Positions 23,801 through 36,708 of a DNA stretch of 64,000 nt are shown piece by piece. The stretch comes from Patellaria atrata CBS 101060 (lineage: Eukaryota): positions 502,623-566,622 of the forward strand of contig MU006092.1 in the NCBI GenBank assembly GCA_010093705.1. Direction: 5' to 3'. Position 1 is the first letter of the stretch; the number at the start of each line of letters is the position of its first letter. The position numbers and the translations under genes are program-made. The notes under the pieces are model-generated. The model was not told the DNA's origin and made no database searches. It saw nothing but the letters and a program-made list of their open reading frames with translations.

Positions 23801-26800
23801 CTAACCACTACACATCAAACACTCCTCCTTGTTCTCAATACTACAAGCCAGCACCGCATCGGCATAGATATCCCCCTCCCGCTCCCCGCTGAGGGCCTCC
23901 TTATCCTCTTCCTGACTTGGAGTCTCGACTTCTCCATTCTTGATCCCATCCGCCGCAAGCACTTTAGGACTATCTCCCTCCTTAACATCCGCGGGGAAGG
24001 GAGTTTGTGCAATAGGGTCTTTTGTAGCAGTTCCATTGACACCATTGACCTTCTTAGCGACGGGAGGAGGGGTGGAAGAGGGCGTAGGCACGCCATTGGG
24101 TCCAGTACCATTCGTTCCGTTGGGCGTCTTGGACATATACATGGGTCTTGGCACGGCGGAGGGGGTAGACATGCCGCTGCTGTACCCGCCCTGCGTGCGT
24201 CTCTTTGCCGCTAGCGATCTGTCTCTCGCGACGTTTGTGTCGGCAACCTTGAGCGCTTCCTGATCGACTGTAAACTGGATGGGTGCCGAAGCGGCCATGG
24301 TTCTTAGATAGTACATTCCTGTTTTGAGACCGAGTTTCCAGCCTGCAAAATGCATAGATGTGATCTTACCCATGGTCGGCTCTTTCATATGGATGTTTAA
24401 GGATTGACTTTGATCGATGAATGCGCCTCTATCCGCCGCCATAGTAACGATAGTCCTCTGACTGATCTCCCAGACAGTCTTGTAGAGCGCCTTGATATCA
24501 TCGGGAATATTGGGGATGTTTTGAATCGACCCACCATCGGCGATGATGCGGTTCTTCATGTTATCGGACCAAAGACCCATGTCTACGAGATCTTTGAGGA
24601 GCCAGGGGTTCACAACTTGGAACTCGCCTGCCAACACACGACGGGAGTAAATATTACTCGTGTACGGCTCGAAGCACTCGTTGAAGCCCATGATCTGGGA
24701 CGTCGAGGCCGTCGGCATAGGTGCTACCAACAAACTGTTGTAGACACCGTGCTCTGCTATCTGGGCTTTCAAGGAATCCCAATCCCAGAGGTCGGTGGGT
24801 GTGACGTTCCACATGTCGTACTGAAGGATACCCTGTGAGACGGGGGAGCCATCGTACGATTGATATGTGCCCTTAACTTTCGCGAGCTCCATTGATGCGG
24901 TGAGAGCGGCGTGGTAAATAGTCTCGAAGATCTGGATGTTGAGGAGTTTGGCTTCAGGGGAATCAAAGGGGTAGCGGAGGGCGAGGAATGCATCTGCTAG
25001 ACCCTGCACACCGACTGCGATGGGTCGGTGGCGGAAATTGCTCTTCTTTGCTTCTGGTACGGGATAATGGTTTACGTCGATGATTTTGTTGAGGTTCTTT
25101 ACGACGACTTGTGTGACTTCGTGAAGTTTTTGGAAGTCGTACTGTGCATTGTGGATGTCCACATAAGTTGGTAATGCGATAGAGGCGAGATTGCAAACAG
25201 CAACTTCGTCTGGTGCGGTGTACTCGACGATTTCTGTACAAAGATTGGAGCTACGGATAGTACCAAGGTTCTTTTGGTTGCTCTTCCTGTTGCAAGCGTC
25301 TTTGTACAACATGAAAGGGTTTCCAGTTTCGGTTTGTGCCTCAAGGATAGCATACCACAGTTTCTGAGCTCTCACGGTCTCACGACCACGACCCTCACGC
25401 TCATACCTAAGATAAGGACTTAGCAACGGACATCCGTAGTAGATTTTACATGTTACTCACCTTTCATAGAGTTCTTCAAACTCATCACCATATACATCGG
25501 CCAAACCAGGGGCCTCGTTAGGGCAGAATAGAGTCCACTGACCATTTTGCTCAACACGCTTCATGAACAAATCTGGAATCCAAAGAGCATAGAACAGATC
25601 ACGGGCCCGAACTTCTTCTTTACCGTGATTCTTCCTTAAATCTAGGAAAGGGAAGATATCCGCATGCCAGGGTTCAAGATAAACGGCAAAGGCACCAGGA
25701 CGTTTATTACCACCCTGGTCGACGTAACGTGCGGTGTTATTGTACACCCTCAACATTGGTACAAGGCCGTTAGATGAGCCGTTCGTACCAGCAATATACG
25801 AGCCGGAAGCTCGAATCCGGTGAACATTGAAACCGATACCGCCTGCAGTCTTTGAGATCAAAGCGCAGGTCTTGAGAGTGTCGTAAATACCCTCTATGCT
25901 ATCGTCCTTCATGTCGATGAGGAAACACGACGCTAACTGAGGTTGTGGTGTTCCTGCATTGAAAAGTGTTGGAGATGCATGAGTGAAATATTTGTTCGAC
26001 ATGAGGTTGTACGTCTCGATGGCGCCCTCGATATCCTCACCATGGATACCAACAGCAACACGCATGATCATGTGTTGGGGACGTTCGGCTACCTGGCCGT
26101 CTAGACGAAGAAGATATGATCGCTCTAGCGTCTTGAATCCGAAGTATTGGTAGTTGAAGTCGCGATCGTAAACAATGGCTGAGTTCAGCTCATCTGCATG
26201 CTTCATGACAATGTCGTAGGTCTCTTTCGAGATCATGGGTGCCGCCTTGTTGTTCTTGGGGTTGATATAATTGTACAAATCAGTAATTACAGCGGAGAAT
26301 TGTTTCTTCGTCTGTTTGTGTAGGTTTGAGACGGCAATACGGGCTGCTAGGATAGCATAGTCGGGGTGGGTTACTGTCATGTATGCTGCAGTCTCAGCGG
26401 CCTTGAAATAGAGTTAGTATCAAAGATCGGACCACGATATGTCCAAGGAGATACAGGATTGAAGGTCAATGGGTTGAAACATACCAAGTTGTCGAGTTCG
26501 ATAGTGGTCACCCCTTGGTATACTCCGGATATAACTTTCTGTGTGATTGCGGCAGCATCGACATGCTCAGGGTCAAGGCCGTAACATAATCTGGACACAC
26601 GTGCTGTGATCTTGTCGAACTGTACCCGCTCTTTGCGGCCATCTAGGAATTATGTTAACTCTTGTGGAATAGATGATTTGTTGTCAAAGTGTTCTACGTT
26701 CACACGGGAAGAATCGTCGCGTTGCCGGAACCGTGGGATAGGGACCTCTATGCGTTGCGATTCAGATAACTAATTAAAAGTATACATACCACGTTTATAG

Positions 26801-26808
26801 ACAAACAT
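23801..26808 (-). CDS. RNR1: Ribonucleoside-diphosphate reductase large subunit, 4 exons
   Basis: [22 protein letters not shown] cone, [23 protein letters not shown]-terminal CLMCSG. Confidence 0.98.
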
Positions 26809-27021
26809 TCTCAATAGAGGCCTCTCAATGTAGACCTAAGAAGCTGAGTGCAGGACGGAAGGAAAGTGAAGACTGTTTCCTTTCAAGGTATGGAGAGTAG
26901 ATAGTGTATAAGGTATGGTGAGTTCTCAGATAGATATGAGATTCAATTATGAGTTTTCTGCTGACCTGCAGTATCCTTGAAGTGGATGTTTATGCAGGTA
27001 AGACAGAGGGGTGGATAGAAG

Positions 27022-27184
27022 TTTATAAACTACCTTACAGACGCGCCTCGCGTGCGGCACGCTTGGCGTGTTTTCCACTTTAATTCCTAATCAGCCAAGC
27101 ATCTCTGCTACACCACTTCCCAGCCTGTATTCACGCCTCTCAGTTGCACGGGCAAACAAACATATTAACTGCATGAACGCGCGA
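27022..27184 (-). promoter_or_regulatory. RNR1 promoter: TATA plus clustered MCB-like (ACGCG) elements
   Basis: TTTATAAA 27022-27029; ACGCG 27041, CGCGT 27049, ACGCGCGA 27177. RNR1 is an established MBF target in yeasts. Confidence 0.6.
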
Positions 27185-28409
27185 TCACGGGCTTCCATTT
27201 ATTCATCTACAAATCATCGCGAGGCCATCTTGAAACTCCCAAGGTTGTTCATTATCAGAGGCCTCTTCCGCTCGTTCTTGATGTAATATGTAATCCGTTT
27301 GGACTGCGGTATGTCAGACTACTCTAAAACTGGAAGGGATATCATCTCACTCCTCTTATGTCCGGAAGTATAGGCCAAAGCACTTGGGTTACATCCCGCC
27401 TATCTCATCTACAATCTCAGTACCGCGGTTAGCCATTCTTCTCAGTTAAACTCTTGCGACAAGAAGCATAGGGGTTGGGCAAAGAAGGTGACTATTGCTT
27501 CAATCTCTTAAACAATGTTTACTCCAAGGTTATCGGGTCCTATCATGAGATCATAAGAGCTCTATTCATTCCACTTAGGGGTGCTGTACTGCTGTACTGT
27601 TCAATTTCTACGTGAATCTGATTTCAGTGCAGTACATCTAGGTACTACGATATTCGCCAAAGTAGGTCGAGTACTGGGCAGGAAGATCCCTCACCATGCC
27701 GAGCGGTCGAAGTTATTAAGCTCTCTACGGGACCTTGTAACTGTTTTGGACATGTCAAGGGTCGATGGTGTGCGACATTGGACGAACTCTACAAGAATCG
27801 ATCAACCAGAGAAAAGCTATTGCTGGGATCCGATTGTACATCTTATACTACGCCCAAGGTAATACCAACAGGTATCTTCGTGTATTTCGTCTGTCGATCC
27901 CTCACAGCTTTCCCTGCCGTAATATGAACAACGGGCACAAAAGCGATTGAGGTTCCTTCTTCCTATTTGCCGAGACTCTTTATCTGTCCCTCATGCTCAG
28001 CCATAACTGTACCTGACAGCTACACTAATATTGAAAACGGTGTAAGACACTGCCATAGAACTATCATAAGCTAAAGATATGGTTCAGCGTACGATAGTCT
28101 CCCAGTTCTAAATTACCCAACTTGCGCCGCCTTCCATTAACATCTATATCGAATAAGATTTCACCTTAGCTTGTTTCTCCAGTTAAGCATACCACAAAAG
28201 ATAATAAGTGTTCATGAGGAAATATACTAACCAGTTACAATACGACCGAGAGATTATTGGCAGTAATAATGGCTATAATTCGAAGTAAACTTGAAATAAG
28301 GAAAGTGGTCCCGTACCCATAGTCCTCTCCTATTGTACTTTCATTTTATCTTGCTTGGTGTTTTTGAAACTAGATAAACATATTCCTCTGCTTTATCTTA
28401 TCCACATAA

Positions 28410-28456
28410 CAAATTCAAATTCAAATTCAAATTCAAATTAAAAAAAAAAGAAAAAA
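28410..28456. repeat. (CAAATT)5 microsatellite followed by an A-rich run
   Basis: Directly visible. Confidence 0.9.
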
Positions 28457-28496
28457 GAACAGATAAGGTAAAACAGTGTAAAAAGTTCCAAAATTA

Positions 28497-28640
28497 AAAA
28501 CAGTTCCCCCCGCCGAAGCGGAGGTACATCTGCCCTCCTCCCCTTGGGGAGGCTCGAACTCGGGGCCTCGGGGTTATATATTTAAAGGATGGGACATACG
28601 TACGTTACTATTCGGTTATGGCCCCGAAGTGATGAATGTT
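28497..28640 (-). other. tRNA-like / Pol III-like structured element, not a canonical tRNA
   Basis: Minus strand has B-box-like GAGTTCGAGCC, TCGGGGCC/GGCCCCGA pairing, a CTCCCC-AA-GGGGAG hairpin and a CTCCGC-TTCG-GCGGGG hairpin followed by TTTTT. No good A box or acceptor stem. Confidence 0.4.
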
Positions 28641-29210
28641 CCTGCAGGTGGTGCTTGAAAGGCGGAAACGTGGACGCGGGATGCAACTCGTTAGCCCATA
28701 TATCATATCAGTAATAATATAGGAGTAGGAAAGTGTTTTTGCTATTATACGTAAAGACAATACCTAGTAAGGAAAGTGGGTTTAGGGCTGAGGCTCTCTT
28801 ACAGTTATACTTTTCTTACCTTACGACCTTTGGAGCATCAACGGTGCCTGAGCAACAATACATAGGTAGGAAAGTCCTATTAGTCATTGCAAAATCTTGA
28901 TTTCTTTTATGCTTTTGTTTTGCATACAGTTTGATCTGTGCCTTCTTTTAGCCATTGTCGTTCTGATTCTCTCCTTCCGGATTTCTTTAGTCGTCGCTTC
29001 TCAGGGGTTAGAGAGCATATCCCATATTTGTGAAGGCAGTTGCAATGATACTCACTTGTCCCTCGACAATAAATACCTTCTTTCTCTCTCATAATCTCAT
29101 CAAAACTTCATTTCACGTTCTCTTTCGCCTGATCATTCTCCATTCTCGATCTCCAGTTCCATCCAGTCAATACCATTCTACTCTCTTTACTATAGAACTT
29201 TTTATCAAAC

Positions 29211-29860
29211 ATGTACTTTCTGGCCTGCGAACCGTTCTCTTCTTATTCTGCTTCAGATCAACTGTCTTAGGTACTGACTTTCCTCATCACGCTGAAACCT
29301 ATGCACCTAGATGTTATCTCTCGGCGATTGCGAAAATACGAAGCACGACTGGGATGATAGGCACGAGTCAAATAGTAACGGAACAGATTACCGCTCATCA
29401 TCAGGAGTATCAGAAAGATTGCCCTTAATCGGACCTGAGGATCTTCTCTTGAAGTATCTATGGAATCATTACCATTCTTCGAACACTCGTGCAAGAATCT
29501 GAAGGGAGACCACTCCAACGAGGACAAAAAGTTCGCCTTCTACACGTTCCAGATGTTGGGCAACTTTCACGATACTCTTCCAATCACTCAAGACGCCATC
29601 GAGATTGCTGCAACATACATCTCCAGCCAAGCGCCAATATAATTTCCATGTTACCGCCGCCAACGAACGGCAAGAAAAGTCCTCACCAACTACAACACAC
29701 GAGCGTAACCGAATCATAACTGACAACCAATCCCCTCATCGAAGTCACAAGTAATGCGTATGGCCCCTCATCCCCCTCAACCCTGGACCCTATACTAACA
29801 CCCTCCCAGGAACTTGACTACAACCATACCGACTGCCTAAGCATCGAGTTTTCAAACCCC
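29211..29860 (+). pseudogene. Truncated, frameshifted paralogue of the secreted-protein locus at 55951-57803
   Basis: CGAGGACAAAAAGTTCGCCTTCTACACGTTCCAGATGTTGGGCAACTT is identical to the reverse complement at about 57336-57383; shared CAAACATG start and intron position; stops and deletions. Confidence 0.85.
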
Positions 29861-30572
29861 TTTCTCACCTTCCCAGGAGCGAGGAGCTAACCCAATACCA
29901 AAACGACGACCTCGCGAAGAGTCTACGAGCTATGTTATCGGTGTGAAACCCTCCTGTTTTGTTCGGTACGATGCATCGGGACTCTGATACCTTACCTTAC
30001 CTTACTCTCACACACACACACTCTTTCATATCGATCTGCCCGCGATATATGACACCCCGACTAGCCCCGCCGCAATTATTCTCCACCTCGTCGGAGATCT
30101 ATCCATTGGATAGGACGTGGTTCTAGGCCATCACCGAGTGCATACCTGTATCGAGGGACACTGTGTAGCGGGTCCTAGATTGTACCTTAAGGAACTGCTT
30201 ACACACATCACACATCACACCTTACGCTCTCACTGTCGGGACTCGCTTCCATGAATTTGAGTAATTCAAAGCGAGGGGTACCGAGGAGTTTGGGCAGATA
30301 CTGGTATGAGATGAGTAGGGAGATGAAGATGGGGGGTGCAGAGTGTGTTGATTGTGAGGGTTTGGGACGTGATAGCTGATACCTCAAAAGGAAAAAAAAG
30401 AACAATTGCACTCTGTACTCCTTTGATATTAGCGTGGAAGAATAGAAGAATCGATCGATGTTCAGATGGATCTGAGGACATACTGAGCTTGACATAACCA
30501 TATGTATATCATCCACCTCATACTATCCCCACAACAAGCACACAGGAAACTCCCTTATCACCCAGCTCATCA

Positions 30573-30857
30573 NNNNNNNNNNNNNNNNNNNNNNNNNNNN
30601 NNNNNNNNNNNNNNNNNNNNNNNNNNNNNNNNNNNNNNNNNNNNNNNNNNNNNNNNNNNNNNNNNNNNNNNNNNNNNNNNNNNNNNNNNNNNNNNNNNNN
30701 NNNNNNNNNNNNNNNNNNNNNNNNNNNNNNNNNNNNNNNNNNNNNNNNNNNNNNNNNNNNNNNNNNNNNNNNNNNNNNNNNNNNNNNNNNNNNNNNNNNN
30801 NNNNNNNNNNNNNNNNNNNNNNNNNNNNNNNNNNNNNNNNNNNNNNNNNNNNNNNNN
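30573..30857. other. Assembly gap, 285 N
   Basis: Run of N; hides the 3' end of the SET gene. Confidence 1.
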
Positions 30858-32163
30858 CATCATCCCCATGCGCCGCACAAGCAACAGCCTGCAGCCCATA
30901 CGGCTCATCCAGAAACCCATGGAGCCCTTGCTGCTCATACATCTCGATAAGGCGGAGACCTTGGACGGGATCCCCGGCGGACGGGGAGCTCCAGTCGCTG
31001 AGGGTGGATTGCAGGGAGAGGAGGGCGGTGAGAGCGGAGTCGGAGGAGGGGTCGGTGCAGCGGGAGCAGGTACAGGTGAAACCGAAGCCGGTATGGAAGA
31101 TGGATTGGCGGGTTGGGGTGGGGACGAGGGGGAGGGTGTCTGGGGGGTTAGCTTGGGGGGTTGTGAGGGGAGGGGATATGTATGGGTGCGGAAGAGGAGA
31201 AGATAGGTGGGAAGAAGAGGATGAGGGGGAAAGGGGGTGGTAAGGGAGTAGATACATGGGGACTTTTTATAGGTTTTGGAGAAGAGATGACTTACAAGCG
31301 ATATTGATCTCCTCCCCGGGCTTAATCTCCCTCACAGCGTGCACATGATGCGTCAGATTCTCCGGATCGAGATAATACATCGCATTCGGCCCGCAGTCAT
31401 GATTGATCCTCGCCGCTTCCGGGAACACCGCTAGATGCATCTGTCCGCCCACCTGGATCTCGAAGGCATTAGTCTTCATCACGTCCTGCACCACAAGATG
31501 AGGCGCATTAAACAGCGTCGCTAGGCTCAAGAATGCGTCCCTCGTCCGGGTAGGTAGCTGATCGACCGCTTTTCGCAAGAACGCCTCCCGCTCTAACACT
31601 GGGAAGACATCCTCATCCGCCATCGCGAAGTCCATGTGCGCGAGCAGTACGGGGGTCGTGACGAGAATTCTATTGCCCCTTTGAAATTTAGATTCGGCGA
31701 CCATGCCGATGCCTTTGTTTGGCATCTTGCGGGTTGACCAGGCGGTCGTGGGTTTGTTGATTCCGTCTAGCACTTCAGGGGAATGGAACGGAGGGAGACT
31801 TTTGAATGATTCAGCTATCTTCCGGGTGGTAAATATTGATATCCCTCGTCCTCCGGCGAATTCGGCGTTTGTGTATATGCATAATTCTTCGTCAAGACCC
31901 TTTCGTAGGCCGGTGCAAAGCGGCTCATACGGCCACAAGCTGTGCTTGCGCTCAAGGGTTGAACTGGCATCCTCGTTAAATATTTCCTCGTCATCCGTGG
32001 AGGTGACATTGCTGCTATGACTGTTTATACAAGTATTATATGAAAAGAAAATCTGATTATCATTACGACAGGACACTGTAGATGTATCAAGAAACACAGA
32101 TGAGCATGAAATTAGCGAAGCGTGCAAGACCAGCAGGCATACGAAAGAGAAAAGGTCCGCCAT
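30858..32163 (-). CDS. SET-domain protein (SMYD/Set5-like lysine methyltransferase) with N-terminal hydrophobic leader; 3' end in the gap
   Basis: KGIGMVA, ARINHDCGPNA, GEEINIAY, post-SET FGFTCTCSRC. Confidence 0.85.
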
Positions 32164-33135
32164 GTCTGAAATAAGGAAAGAGGTTTGAGAAACAAAAAAT
32201 ATGAAAGAAATAGATGTTCACATCGAAGCGCCATCGTTAGATATCGAGACCGAGAGATGTTGTTTGATCGATGTTTCAGGTTTCGGGGACATCGAAGCTT
32301 CGTTTTAGCCCCCTGCCCCTGAGAATGGAATCCGTCTAAGCCGCATTTGGTAAAAAGGAAACGACCAGCTACAACTACTCATAGCACCGACTACACCACA
32401 AGAACAATAATCACGTTCACATAGATCCTAAATAGATATGATGGATAATTATAAGCATCCAAGCGAGAAGCACGATATGGGCATGTCCTTGGATAGATAT
32501 TACTACTTAATGTGGATAACTACTACTGCAACCTACTACCTTTGACAGGATACCTATCATAACGGCTTACAACTCTCCCATATCCTCAGATCATTTTCCG
32601 TAATCACTCCAGTATGGGCAGCTTACAACTACTACACATCCTCGGATCTCATACCCGTAATCACACACACGTTAGAAACACTGACATCACCTTCTCAACG
32701 GCACTATCTCCACAACATCGTCTCAACGGTCAAGGGGGTAAACACTCGATTCCTATCATTAGTCCGTATAGGCCACACGCTACATATAAGCGCAAGCCAT
32801 TCCAAGAATGAATCTATCCCAATTATTGAAATCAACACCAATTTGACCGGTACCAAGACGCCTCATATGAAAGCTTCCGACCCATGAACTCCATCTACAT
32901 GCCAGCCAAGATACGCCAACAAGATGAGAACCCGAGATGCATGCAGCCTTTAAGCAACCCAAAAGCTTACTCCAAGATGCTCCGGCGCTAGAATGATGAC
33001 TTGGTAGGATGACTCCGAGGATGTAATGTTAAGAAAACTTCATGATATAGGAAAACGGGAAGGTAAGCCTAGAGGGGAGACCGGGGATTGGGGTATATTT
33101 TAACACAAGGGTATATTGTCCCAGAGGATGACTTC

Positions 33136-36100
33136 TCAAGGGAGAGAAGGAGGAAGGTTTTTTGGGTTGGGTCCAAGCAAGGACGGGATTGGCTTACGTC
33201 TCGCCTTAGCTTGGGGAATACGAGGCACGCCTTGGAGAACGCGTGGCTCTTTCATAAGGGTTGGATCGAGCATTGCAGGGACTTGGAAGATAGGTGTTAG
33301 TACAGATGCAAAATGTTTGACACATATTACCGCGGAAAGTTTGGATGGAACTTACTCCGACTGACAACTTGAAGATAGTCCCTAGGGAAGCGTGAACTGG
33401 GTGGCGTAGTGGCAGCTGAACGCCAAAGATGATCAGAAGTATCGGAGAGAAAATCGACACCTAGTTATACGATTAGTTGAATGTAATACCACAGAAGTTG
33501 TGAGCAACGTACTTGTTTTGGAGAAAAATGACGTCTTGCCACGGTTCTTCTTGGAAAGAATGATCTGATCGAAGAGCTTAACCGCAGGATCGTCAGATCT
33601 CGTTGTCTCACGTTCATGAATGAACTCATTGAAACCTATCATCGATTAGTATAATCCTTCCTCATACGACATGACCCAAACTACCTTGAGTTTGTTGAAG
33701 CATGGCCATGTAGGCCGCATTTTCATGTGGTATGCTCTTCAAGAAGCCATCCATGTTGAAACTGTAGATTAAACCAGACTTCTTTCGGTCGCCAGAAGCA
33801 GGATGAAGAAACTTCCGATACGTGTAGAATAGACTAGCAAAGCAGCGAACAAACGCTGCGCGGATTTGATCAGGTCGAAAAGCGATCGGACATACCAGAC
33901 AGATCTGTTGAAGACAGCGGGTATGGGCGCAGACGCTACAATTGGAGCACCGATATATTCCTTCCTCAGCTTTTTCATCGCAGATAGAACAGGTAGCTTC
34001 CTTATCATGGCCTCTCCATTGCATACAATGACCCTCAATCCAACGTACAGTTTCTGTGTTGCGAACAGGTTGCATCAGTATTCCGGGCATGATGGTAGAC
34101 GCCGCGAGCGTTGATTGTGCGTACACGGATGGGGCGTATGCCGAGGGCGCGTGGATCTCATTACTGAGCGTCGATAGGGAAGCGTTCGATGAGTGTCCCA
34201 AGAATGGCTGACTGGGCCGTCTGAGCGTGGCCATCCTCTCAACGCCAAACTGAGAGCGAGCACCTGCGATTAGCATACTATTCGTAAAAGGGAAAGTAAT
34301 GACACGAACAGATGAGCTCCTTCTAGAGGTGCTGTCGAAATGACCAGAGCGCTTCTCACGCAAATTTGCTTGCAATGAGAAGGCAGAATCGCTCCTGGAA
34401 ATCGGGGTCGTCGGCATCTGAGGGAAGACGGTCGAGACGGGCGAATCTCCAGGGGAAGGGGGTGAGTAACTTGTCTTGAGGGTTGCAGACGTATTAGGCC
34501 TGTCATGTCCCCTACTATTCGCTTTTGCAGATTCTAGAAAAGCATTGAATACGAGATTACCAGATCCAGGCATATTCCCAAGCTCGCCAAACGAGGCAGA
34601 ATTCAGACCAACGAATGTTGCTAGAGTTGAAGGAGGGGCTCTAGAATTGAAGATCGAAAAGTTTTCCGAGGAGAAGGCATCGTGTGGATATGCTTCTATT
34701 GCGTAAGCGGGAGGTCCTGTAGGTATACCATAACGGTTGTGATGAGGTGCAGCCAACTGCAGTAGTGACATGAGTTTTCTGCGCTGTTGTCTAGGTAATG
34801 GTATCGGGGCGGAGGTGCTCTCAATAATATTCCTGTCAAGATCGACAAGCACGAAATCGTCGTCCGGTAATTCTAAATTGTCATATCGACGTTCGACACC
34901 AACAATATAAGGACAAGGTGCCTCGAGAGTCTGGACGAGTCGTGCAGGTAGTACCGGAATGAATACGCCGTTCCACTTTAAGGGATAGAGAAGATGTGTA
35001 ATTGCGGCACTGGAAAGATGCAGCATTGAGGTATGTGACGAAAGTAGAATGATGCGGGATTCAGAGAGGACGTACTCGAAAAGTGTGACGATGTGAGATA
35101 CACTCAAACACCTGAACAGCGCATACAAATCCGTGTTTCTGGAACCTGGTATTTCGTTGATGGCGTGCTTTCGAGCATACATTCGTAGCTCCCGAACTGC
35201 AATTTCTACCTGTGTTACTGATGAAATGGGACTCAGTGCTTCGGCGCAAAGGTTAACCACATAACGTTCCAAGGGTTGCCACATGCCGATTCGAGGAGAA
35301 CTTGCAGGAACTCGGAGTATACCACCGTTGTACATAGGTACTACAACGGCACGGAGCCATTCTTTCCAGAAACTTGTCATATTCCCATCCCGTCCGAGAA
35401 TCCCGTATGCTCTGGGAATCCAGAGACCAGTACCACTTTCGGTGAGACCTTCAATTTTCGAGGCTGCTCCGTGTCTTACTGGACGTAAAAGGCCTGCCAT
35501 CAATGCAATCTTTTCCTCTACAGCACTGATATCTTCTTCTAACTGCTCGCGCTCATCTGAACCGGATGGTGCCGTGGGCAATTCGGTTAGTAACCTGGAG
35601 AGCTTCGCTCTCTCCAGTGCCAATCTCTCTCCAAGGCTGCTGGCTAGTTCCCGCTCTTCACCTGACATATTCGCCCTTCGCCATTCTTCGCATTGACGTT
35701 CAAGCTCTGCTGCAGCCACTTCACTTAAAGGTAACCAGGTGATAAGACATATGCCATAGAGCTTAGAACCGTCAGCATTTGTCATTGCGAAGCCATGCCA
35801 GGTTGACTTTGGCTTCTCGTCCGACGACACGACGTTGACATCGTTCGGAAACGCGAACATCGGGACAAAATTAGGGAATGGATTTCGTCGTTCCGCTTCG
35901 TCGATCATAGATTCCGCAGGATATCTGTCAAGAAGAACGGGTTCATAACTCCGTTTTAATGGATGCATATTCGGAGTCGGTTGGAAAGGTTGAGGATTAG
36001 GTATAACGGATTGATAACCGCTGATTCTCTTGGATGTTCGGATCGATGCTGCGAGAGGGTTAACGTCAGATATTGATGGAATCAAAGGTCCTAATGAAAA

Positions 36101-36708
36101 TGCTACTCACATTGTCGAGCCATTGACGGTTGTCTCTTCAAGCTACTCATTGTAGAAATGCGCCTACGAATGCTGCCAACACCGGATCTGGGGTTTTCAT
36201 CTTCATTGACTATCCGTTGTGTCTTCGGGCGTGGTTTTGGTGTTCGAGTCTGTTGTGAAACAGCACCGGCAGAGTATTGTAATTCCTCCATGAATGTTTC
36301 TCGCTCAGAAGTAAATTTTCTAAGAGCATTTTCAAAGTCGACATCGCTAAGTCCAGATCCACCGATTTGCACACCTTTGATAGTTGTACTACTGCTCCTG
36401 TTGCTAGCAGGACCCTTTGGCTCGGCTGTGATGAAGCTGCCAACTGACCTTCGAGCATCGAAGCTGTACCTGGATGTCCTCTTACTATTATCTCCATTTT
36501 CACATTCGTCGGTGGAGGATGGTCCTGCTTCGAAAGATGTTTCCAACGGCTTGTCCTCTTCGATAGTAACATCTAACGGTTGCGGGGGATTAACGCTGCT
36601 GGCTTGTAATCTTTCGTCAAAGACCTGCGTCGACTCAATACCGGATATGAAGAAATAGTCGGCAAGCGGTGCTGAGGTAAGATCGGTAGGAGGATTTATT
36701 GGAGCCAT
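33136..36708 (-). CDS. DENN-domain Rab GEF with a C1-like zinc finger, multi-exon
   Basis: LADYFFISG, LLDRYP, PMFAFP, IPVLP...LEAPCPYIVG, H...CSIC...CSNC...HTRC...C, GFNEFIHERE. Confidence 0.9.

Noticed and set aside
28620..28685. Hammerhead-like GTGATGA...GAAAC, and HDV-like ribozyme fragments nearby
   Set aside because: Core is GUGAUGA rather than CUGAUGA, and the required stems and pseudoknot could not be built.
30502..31206. Long ORFs containing X runs
   Set aside because: Artefacts of translating through the N gap.
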